Of a stretch of 22,590 nt of DNA, positions 16,028-22,590 are shown piece by piece. A program made the translations under genes and the position numbers. This DNA comes from Candidatus Methylomirabilota bacterium (GTDB lineage Bacteria > Methylomirabilota > Methylomirabilia > Rokubacteriales > CSP1-6), in assembly GCA_046726415.1 (NCBI GenBank), contig JBKPAK010000038.1, forward strand, positions 1 through 22,590. Reading direction: 5' to 3'. The notes beneath the pieces were generated by a model. It saw only the letters and a list, made by a program, of their open reading frames with translations. It ran no database searches and was not told where the DNA came from. How positions within the stretch are numbered: the first letter of the stretch is position 1; every line of letters starts with the position of its first letter.

Positions 16028-16627
16028 GTGTGGACTCGGCGTGTCCTGCTCATCGCGCTCCTGCTCGGCGTGACCGCGTTCGCCACGGCGCCCCGCATTC
16101 TCTTGCGGCTCGATGATCGAGGTCCGCGACCCGGGGTGAGCGCGTCGCCGCGCACGGCCGCCGATCTCTACGCCGGTCACTTCCGCAACGCTCGTCACGA
16201 GCGCATGTTTCTCGCCTCGATCGCTTTCTTCCTGGCCTTCGCCGTGACCCGGACGATCACCCATCTGATTCGAGCGGGCCGCGGGCCATTTCACGACGTC
16301 GTGACAAAGGGAGGACACATCCACCATCTCGTGTGGGGGATTCTGCTCTTGCTCGGAGTCGGATACCTCTGGTTGATCCAGGTGGGAACCGGAGACGCGG
16401 CCGGGCGCCTGTGGTCCTCCCGGCTCACGGCGCTCCTGTTTGGCGTGGCCTCGGCCCTGACGCTTGATGAGTTTGCCCTGTGGTTCACCTTCCGCGACGT
16501 CTATTGGGAGCGAGAGGGGCGGCTGAGCATCGACGCAGTCCTGCTGTTCGGCTCGCTGCTCTCGATCGCCATGTGGGGCGGCCCCTTCTTCAGGGACGTG
16601 GTCCGCCTCTGGAGCCGCGTGCCTTGA
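16028..16627 (+). CDS. Integral membrane protein of unknown function with HIHH motif
   Basis: 199 aa with about 5 hydrophobic segments. Motifs GGHIHHLVWGI, LTLDEFALW and DVYWEREGRLSIDAV. Start (GTG) is uncertain. Confidence 0.78.
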   Translation: MWTRRVLLIALLLGVTAFATAPRILLRLDDRGPRPGVSASPRTAADLYAGHFRNARHERMFLASIAFFLAFAVTRTITHLIRAGRGPFHDVVTKGGHIHHLVWGILLLLGVGYLWLIQVGTGDAAGRLWSSRLTALLFGVASALTLDEFALWFTFRDVYWEREGRLSIDAVLLFGSLLSIAMWGGPFFRDVVRLWSRVP

Positions 16628-18540
16628 ACTCGCTGCCGGTCGAGGCCAACGCCCTCCACGAGCTCCCACCCCTCCCGGTTCACGGCTTCCAGGGCAGCCC
16701 AGAAGAGATCGAGCGGCAGTGGTACGACCAGGTCTATCGCGGGCGCGGCGACCGCATGCGGCAGCTCACCTGGCGCGCGGTCCTCATGGGCTCGGTACTC
16801 GGAGGCGTGTTGTCGGTCACCAATCTCTACATCGGGCTCAAGGCGGGGTGGGGCTTCGGCGTGGCCATCACGGCGTGCATCCTCTCGTATGCCATCTGGA
16901 CGGTGCTGTACCGCGCGGGCCTCGCGCGCACGCCGATGACGATCCTCGAAAACAATTGTATGCAGTCCACGGCCAGCTCCGCCGGCTACTCCACAGGCGG
17001 CACGCTCATCTCCGCCTTCGCGGCCTGGATGCTCATCAACAACACGGCGATGCCCCTGCCCCTGATGCTGGCGTGGGTCTTCCTGCTCGCCGTCCTCGGC
17101 GTCACCATGGCGATTCCCATGAAGCGGCAGATGATCAACATCGAGCAGCTGCGTTTCCCGAGCGGCATCGCCGCCGCCGAAACCTTGCGCGCGCTCCACT
17201 CGGTCGGCGGCAAGGGAATGCGCGCGGCCAAGGCCCTGGCCTGGGCCGGGCTGCTCGCCGCCTTCAGCAAGTTCTGGACGGACGGCCTGGTGCTCGTCAA
17301 CGCCAAGCTCGCGCCCTTCATGATCGGCTCGTGGACGACGGCCCTGAATCAGCGCCTGTTCGGGCCGGCTTGGATGGGGCGGACGGTCATGATCACTTGG
17401 GAGCCCATGTTCATCGCGGCCGGCGCCATCACAGGCCTGCGCGTCTCCTGGAGCATGCTGCTGGGCGGCGTCACCGCGTGGATGATCTTCGTGCCCGTCC
17501 TCCAGCATCGCGGGCTCGTCGAGGGCGCGGGCTACGCCACGCTCGTGCAGTGGACGCTCTGGGGCGGGGTCGCCTGCATGGTCAGCTCGAGCCTGCTCGC
17601 CTTCGCCCTCGAGTGGCGGACCGCGCTGCGCGCCTTCACCGAGCTGGGGGCGATGCTTGGCGTTGGTAGGCGGCGCGCCGACGATCCGGTGGCCGCAATC
17701 GAAACGCCCGCGTCGTGGTTCATCTGGGGGCAGCTCGTCGGGCTGGTCGGGCTGGCGTGGCTCGGGCATCGCACGTTCGGCATGCCCTACTGGCAGACCG
17801 CGCTGGCGGTGCTGCTCTCCTTCGTGCTCGCCCTGGTGGCCTGTCGCGTGACCGGCGAGACTGACACGACACCGGTGGGCGCCATGGGGAAGATCACGCA
17901 ACTGATCTTCGGGGTGGTGAGCCCGGGCAACACGAACGTGAACCTCATGAGCGCCAACGTGACGGCCGCGACGGCGGGCAGCAGCGCCGACCTGCTCACC
18001 GACCTCAAGAGCGGCTACCTGCTCGGCGCGCATCCGCGCAAGCAGTTCATCGCGCAGTTCGCCGGCATTTTCGTGGGGACGCTGGTCACGGTGGCGTCGT
18101 TCCGGCTGCTCGTGCCGGATGCGAGCGTGCTCGGCTCTGATCAGTTCCCCGCGCCCGCCGCTCAGACCTGGCGCGCGGTGGCGATGGCGCTGTCGCACGG
18201 CATCCGCGATCTCGAGTCGGTCAAGATCTGGTCCATCGCCGTCGGCGGGATCGTGGGCGTCGTCCTCACCGTGCTCCCGAAGATCTTCCCGCGGCGCCAG
18301 CATCTGATCCCGTCGCCGGCCGGCGTGGGCCTGGCATGGACCTTCCACTGGTACTACGGGCTGCTTTTCTTCATCGGCGGCGCGCTCGGCTGGTGGGTGG
18401 AGAAGAAGTACCCGCGGTGGTCGGAGGAGTTCACCTTCCCATTCGCCTCGGGCTGGATCGCGGGCGAGAGCCTGATGGGGGTGCTGCTCGTGGGCTGGGA
18501 GCACGGCCCGGAGCTGGCGCGTCGCCTACTCGTCCGCTGA
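16624..18540 (+). CDS. OPT family oligopeptide / metal-chelate transporter (YSL-like clade)
   Basis: Probable TTG start overlapping the upstream TGA (alternative ATG at 16756), about 638 aa. Motifs QLTWRAV, NLYIGLKAGW, ILENNCMQSTASSAG, LRFPSGIAAAE, GETD, DLKSGYLLG, FPAPAA and ASGWIAGESL. Confidence 0.93.
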   Translation: MNSLPVEANALHELPPLPVHGFQGSPEEIERQWYDQVYRGRGDRMRQLTWRAVLMGSVLGGVLSVTNLYIGLKAGWGFGVAITACILSYAIWTVLYRAGLARTPMTILENNCMQSTASSAGYSTGGTLISAFAAWMLINNTAMPLPLMLAWVFLLAVLGVTMAIPMKRQMINIEQLRFPSGIAAAETLRALHSVGGKGMRAAKALAWAGLLAAFSKFWTDGLVLVNAKLAPFMIGSWTTALNQRLFGPAWMGRTVMITWEPMFIAAGAITGLRVSWSMLLGGVTAWMIFVPVLQHRGLVEGAGYATLVQWTLWGGVACMVSSSLLAFALEWRTALRAFTELGAMLGVGRRRADDPVAAIETPASWFIWGQLVGLVGLAWLGHRTFGMPYWQTALAVLLSFVLALVACRVTGETDTTPVGAMGKITQLIFGVVSPGNTNVNLMSANVTAATAGSSADLLTDLKSGYLLGAHPRKQFIAQFAGIFVGTLVTVASFRLLVPDASVLGSDQFPAPAAQTWRAVAMALSHGIRDLESVKIWSIAVGGIVGVVLTVLPKIFPRRQHLIPSPAGVGLAWTFHWYYGLLFFIGGALGWWVEKKYPRWSEEFTFPFASGWIAGESLMGVLLVGWEHGPELARRLLVR

Positions 18541-18600
18541 TCTGAAGGATCGGTTCGTGGCACGCGGGGACCGACGTCAGGGCGGCTTGGTTGGGTTCGG

Positions 18601-18991
18601 TTGGTACGCGCGTGCTGGGCTGCGATCGCTGGATGCGCCGGGGGCGTGAGCGCACGCGTCGTCACGCTTCAGCCGAGCGATATGGCCAAGCTGGCGGGTA
18701 CCTGGCAAGGCACAATGACCAACGTGGCCGGAATAAGCTGGCCGGCGACCCTCACGGTCAGCCCCGACGGCACCTATACGACGCAAGGCGGTGCCTTCAC
18801 TTCTCAGGGGAGAGCGGAGCTGAACGACGGGAAATTGATCTTCGTCACCAGTTACACCAGCGGTGGGCTGGCGATCGACGACCGGAGCGGCTCGGTCGTG
18901 CTCACCGACACGGGTGACTCGTGGAGGTTGGTTGGCGCGGGCCGGACCGACCTGGGGTCCATTCAACTTCGACTTCAGCAAGCCCAAATAG
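18601..18991 (+). pseudogene. Probable frameshifted small beta-rich lipoprotein gene
   Basis: Lipobox-like IAG-C (Cys codon at 18634) followed by LAGTWQG...LTVSPDGTYT. The signal peptide and start look corrupted. A +1 shift at the GGGG run (18954-18957) restores a C-terminus GPFNFDFSKPK* ending at TAG 18989-18991. Confidence 0.55.
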
Positions 18992-19019
18992 GGTCGCGAC
19001 GCCGCGCCGCGGAACTGGG

Positions 19020-20030
19020 CTAGCGTTCCCCGACCGCGACCGTGACGGCCTTCGTCCACTTCTTGCCCCAGCCAGGAAGACAGGCCGACCAGCTCCCGGC
19101 GCGACCGCCGGCGCACACCACCAGGAGGTCGCCCGGATCCTCGAAGACCTGCCGCCAGGTCGACTCGTCGACCGGGGTGATCGCGCCGGGGAGCCGGGTG
19201 GCACGCTTGTAGTCGGCCACCCTGCGCCGAGCGCGCTCGACGAGGAACCGCTTGACGTCCCACTTGCTCCACCCGCTCTTGCGGAGGACCTCGCTGTGCT
19301 CGCCGGCGAAGACGAGCAAGGACTGGTTGAAGCCGCGGACGTTGGGGACCCCGAGATTCGCGAGCGCGTCGGCGAAGCAGAGTAACAGCGGCTCCGGGGC
19401 GGCGGCGAGCTGGTTGTACACCTGGTAAAGGCTGTTGGACGCGTAGACGGTCACCGCGCTCTGGTCGCGGCGGAAACCGCGCTCGACGTGCAGTGGCTCC
19501 CAGGGATGGTCGTCCTCGTTCTCGGCGAAGCAAAAGGAATACTTGCCGGGATTGCCGAGGGTCGCGCGGTCGAGCAGGCCGGGGCGCGCGTTCATCACGT
19601 TCATCATGGTGAGCCGCACCGCCCGGCCAATCGTCGCGTTGGCCCGCGTCCCCTGGCCGAAGGCGTTGTTGCCGGAGTTCACGCCGAGCGTCTTCGCGAT
19701 CGGTCCGTTCACAATGATGACCATCGCGGACCCGCCGGTGCTCGACGCCGGGCCGTGGTAGGCGAACTCGGGCCGGCAGAGCCCCTCGATGGCGGCCACG
19801 ACCACCGGCATGTACTCGGGCCGGCAGCCAGCCATCACGGCATTGATCGCGACCTTCCGCGCGATCACGACCGTGTTCCGCTCCGCGATCACCCCGAGGA
19901 TCTGATCGCCGTGCAGTTCCGCCGCAGCCAGCATGTCGGCGACGGACTTCTCCGTCGGCGGCGTCACGGGCAGGCCGTCGGTCCACCCCCGCTCGAAGTA
20001 CGCCTCGATCAGCTCTGCGGGATCAGTCAT
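19020..20030 (-). CDS. Uncharacterised 'DGLP-x-x-PPT' family protein (usual large partner of UGSC-family (seleno)proteins)
   Basis: 336 aa. Motifs GWTDGLPVTPPT, VAINAVMAGCRPEY, IVNGPI, RANATIGRAVRL and LGNPGKYSFCFAENE. Confidence 0.8.
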   Translation of the reverse strand: MTDPAELIEAYFERGWTDGLPVTPPTEKSVADMLAAAELHGDQILGVIAERNTVVIARKVAINAVMAGCRPEYMPVVVAAIEGLCRPEFAYHGPASSTGGSAMVIIVNGPIAKTLGVNSGNNAFGQGTRANATIGRAVRLTMMNVMNARPGLLDRATLGNPGKYSFCFAENEDDHPWEPLHVERGFRRDQSAVTVYASNSLYQVYNQLAAAPEPLLLCFADALANLGVPNVRGFNQSLLVFAGEHSEVLRKSGWSKWDVKRFLVERARRRVADYKRATRLPGAITPVDESTWRQVFEDPGDLLVVCAGGRAGSWSACLPGWGKKWTKAVTVAVGER

Positions 20031-21181
20031 TACCGCACCACGCCCTGTTGACGGAGCGCGGCGATCGTGGGGCCGTTGTAACCGAGGACGTCGCGCAGGA
20101 TATCGTCAGTGTGCTGGCCGGGCGTGGGTACGGGGCCGAGGCGCCCCGGAGTCTTGGAGAGCTTGATCGTCACGCCAGGAACGTACATCTCCCCCGCGAC
20201 GGGGTCGTCCATCTTCACGAGCATCTCGCGCTCCCAGAGGTGCGGGTCCTTCGCTACCTCGGGGATCGTCCGGACCGGCGCTACCGGGACGCCAGCATCC
20301 ATGAGCGTGGTGCAGATCTCCTCGACGGTATGCTCACCGCACCACTCCTCCACGCGAGCGCGGCGGTGGTCAGCGGCGCTGCTCCCCGGCAGCGGCGTCG
20401 CGTCGACCTCCGCGCCGTCGCCCTGCACGAGCCGCATCAAGCGTGCCGCCATGTCGCGCCCCGCCGCGCTGACGACGACCCATCCGTCCTTCGCGCGGTA
20501 CGGCGGCCGCCCGCCCTCGCCGCCTTCGGCGCCGGTGGCGAGATAGTAGGACGTCGGGATCTCGACCATCGTGAGCGCGGAGTCGAGCAGGCACACGTCG
20601 ACGACCTGGCCCTGGCCGGTCCGCTCGCGGTGGCGGAGCGCGGCCAGCGCGCCGATGGTCGCGTGGAGTGCCGTGTAGCGATCGACGACGGACGAGGCGG
20701 TGCCGAGGGGCTGGCCGACCGGCTGGCCGGTCAGCGACATGAGCCCGCTCATCGCCTGCCCCAGCGGGTCGAAGGCGGGCCGGTCGGTGTAGGGACCGTA
20801 CTGCCCGAAGCCCGACACGGACACGAGGATGATCCCCGCGTTCAGCGCGCGCAGCCGTTCGTAGTCGAAGCCCATGGCGCGCATGACGCCGGGCCGGAAG
20901 TTCTCGAGCACGATGTCGGACTTCCGCACGAGGGCGGCGAAGATCTCCTTGCCCTGCGCGCTGCGGAGATCGAGGCAGACGCTCTTCTTGCCGCGGTTGT
21001 AGACCGTGAAGTACACGCTCTGGCCGCGGACGACCGGCTGGTGGCGGCGCGTCTCCTCCCCGCCGGGAGGCTCGATCTTGATGACCTCGGCGCCGAGATC
21101 GGACAGGATCATCCCCCCGCGCGGTCCCGCCTGGAACCGCGCCAGCTCGAGGACGCGCACGCCGTCGAGAGTCTGGCTCAT
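20030..21181 (-). CDS. Family III CoA-transferase (CaiB/BaiF)
   Basis: 383 aa. Motifs LDGVRVLEL, AGP...DLGAEVIKIEPP, NRGKKS, ENFRPG, SGFGQYGPY, catalytic Asp region VVDRYTA and PTPGQHT. AAGGAG RBS. Confidence 0.95.
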   Translation of the reverse strand: MSQTLDGVRVLELARFQAGPRGGMILSDLGAEVIKIEPPGGEETRRHQPVVRGQSVYFTVYNRGKKSVCLDLRSAQGKEIFAALVRKSDIVLENFRPGVMRAMGFDYERLRALNAGIILVSVSGFGQYGPYTDRPAFDPLGQAMSGLMSLTGQPVGQPLGTASSVVDRYTALHATIGALAALRHRERTGQGQVVDVCLLDSALTMVEIPTSYYLATGAEGGEGGRPPYRAKDGWVVVSAAGRDMAARLMRLVQGDGAEVDATPLPGSSAADHRRARVEEWCGEHTVEEICTTLMDAGVPVAPVRTIPEVAKDPHLWEREMLVKMDDPVAGEMYVPGVTIKLSKTPGRLGPVPTPGQHTDDILRDVLGYNGPTIAALRQQGVVR

Positions 21182-21264
21182 GCTGCCGCTCCTTCCCGAA
21201 TGGAGACGTCGCTGAGCGCGTGATCCATCACCTTGGGGATGACGATGCTCGCGCGTCGAGAGCG

Positions 21265-21294
21265 ATAGTGCGCCAGGCCCAATCCCACGGTCAA
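21265..21294 (-). promoter_or_regulatory. Possible sigma70 promoter for the CoA-transferase operon
   Basis: Minus strand reads TTGACC (21294-21289), 18 nt, CACTAT (21270-21265). Confidence 0.35.
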
Positions 21295-21360
21295 GGCACC
21301 TCGCCGGCCGCGAGGCGCCTCGGCCGGAGTCGGATCAAGCGAAAGAGAAGGTGCGGCCCC

Positions 21361-22590
21361 TCACTCCGCCGGGCGGCCGCCGAGGTCGCCCAAGGTCGCG
21401 GCGGCGGTGGTCGCGCGCTCGGGGTGGAAGTGCGGGTTCAGACTCAGCGCCTGGTAGAGGTACTTCTGGGCGCTTGGGCGGTCCCCGAGCTTGGCGTGGA
21501 TCATCCCGGCGTGGAACAGGATTTCGGCGTCGGGGGTACGGCGAGCGAGCGCCTTCCGGATCAGCTTCCGCGCCTCTTCGTAGCGCCCGGACTTGTAGTA
21601 GCACCAGGCCAGGGTGTCGGCGGCGTACACGTTCTTTCGGGTGCGGAAGGCGGCCTCGGCCTCCTCGACAGCCTGGGTCACGTTGCGGTCGTGGTCGGCG
21701 TAGAACTTCGCCATCTGGAGATCAGTGCGCACGCCGCTGGCCCTGTTCAGCCGGTTGATCGTCTCCACCAGCGCGTACTGCTTCTCGGCCTCATCCTTCT
21801 GACCGGTGACGGCGTAGACGTCGCCGAGGGCCACGACGCTCTCGACCAGAGGTACGACGGCGATGGCTCGCTTGTAGTGGTCGATGGCGGCGGGGAAGTC
21901 CTTGCGGGCCGTCTTCACCTTGGCCATCGCGGCCAGAAGGTGGTGGTTGCGGGGAGTGGACGCGAGCGAGGCGTCGAGGGTCTGCTCGGCCGCGAGCAAA
22001 GCGCCCTGGCTCCAGAGCATCAGCGCGAGCTGGGCGCGGGCCCACGCCGTGTTCTCGCCGTACAGCGCGCCGGCCTTCACGGCCTTGTCCATCATCCAGA
22101 GAGCCTTCCGCGTGTCGCCGGTCACCCACAGGATTTGCGCGCCCCGGCTGTAGGAGGCAAGGTCGGGGCGGACGTCGAGCATCTTCTGGTAGTGCTCGAA
22201 CGCGGCGTCGTAGTCCCCCATCTCGAGGGCGGCGTCGCCGAGAAGGCCGTGCGCGGCCTGGTAGCCTGGATCGATCGACAGGGCTTTCCTCGCCCACTCC
22301 ACGCTCTGCTCGAATTCGTGCAGCGCGCCGTGGACCCAGGCTAGGCCGGCGAGAGCTCCGACGTTACGCTGAGCGCTTCCCAGCGCCTTCTGGTAGGCCC
22401 CTTCGGCGCGGCGATAGTAGCTGGGGTCGGCGGTCTCACGCGCCTTTTGCATGAATGCGTCACCGAGGGAAACCCAGACCTCAGGGTCGCTGGGCGCTTG
22501 TGCGGCGCGCTGAGTCCAGCGGGCGATGGCCTCGTCAGGAGCCGAGCGCTGGGCCGAGGGCGTCGAGGACTGGGCACGCGCGAGCGGGCC
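21361..22590 (-). CDS. Tetratricopeptide repeat protein (5' end outside the window)
   Basis: The frame stays open from ATG 22452 to the window edge (...AIARWTQRAAQAPSDPEVWVSLGDAFMQKARETADPSYY...). TPR helices include LLGDAALEMGDYDAA, DTLAWCYYKSGRYEEA and FHAGMI...ALSLNPHF. Confidence 0.9.
   Translation of the reverse strand, partial: GPLARAQSSTPSAQRSAPDEAIARWTQRAAQAPSDPEVWVSLGDAFMQKARETADPSYYRRAEGAYQKALGSAQRNVGALAGLAWVHGALHEFEQSVEWARKALSIDPGYQAAHGLLGDAALEMGDYDAAFEHYQKMLDVRPDLASYSRGAQILWVTGDTRKALWMMDKAVKAGALYGENTAWARAQLALMLWSQGALLAAEQTLDASLASTPRNHHLLAAMAKVKTARKDFPAAIDHYKRAIAVVPLVESVVALGDVYAVTGQKDEAEKQYALVETINRLNRASGVRTDLQMAKFYADHDRNVTQAVEEAEAAFRTRKNVYAADTLAWCYYKSGRYEEARKLIRKALARRTPDAEILFHAGMIHAKLGDRPSAQKYLYQALSLNPHFHPERATTAAATLGDLGGRPAE

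Noticed and set aside
16501..18504. Long antisense ORFs (667 aa here; also 13..894, 9759..11273, 13430..14950, 20048..21223, 21220..22344 and others)
   Set aside because: They are shadows of well-supported genes on the opposite strand, expected in high-GC DNA, and have no recognisable motifs.
21300..21330. GC-rich hairpin after the TPR gene as an intrinsic terminator
   Set aside because: No U-tract follows, and such stems are common by chance at this GC content.

Overview
GC-rich (roughly 68-70% by eye) bacterial chromosomal segment with about 22 intact CDSs, one gene truncated by the window edge and two apparently decayed genes. Gene content resembles soil organisms such as Candidatus Rokubacteria (inference only). 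In order: (1) a divergent catabolic cluster, with a PuuE/PgdA-like deacetylase and an RraA/HMG-aldolase on the minus strand and a BNR beta-propeller, a PAL-like NHL propeller and an FAH-family enzyme on the plus strand; (2) a perfect 2x33-bp tandem duplication and a lower-GC hypothetical gene; (3) a compact minus-strand operon of pterin-4a-carbinolamine dehydratase, a non-canonical TenA-like protein, a Rieske ferredoxin and a 71-aa protein; (4) a decayed ABC substrate-binding gene remnant; (5) a carbohydrate-type ABC importer (Tat-exported SBP plus 2 permeases, no ATPase); (6) a secreted His/Glu helical protein; (7) two PLP enzymes (class III aminotransferase and SelA/DgaE-like) divergent from an enoyl-CoA hydratase, with clear sigma70 promoters and a perfect 22-bp palindrome; (8) an HIHH membrane protein coupled to an OPT transporter; (9) a frameshifted lipoprotein; (10) a family III CoA-transferase coupled to a 'DGLP-x-x-PPT' protein; (11) a TPR protein running off the window. 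No rRNA, tRNA, CRISPR array, transposase or integrase was seen. All family assignments come from motif recognition, not database searches.
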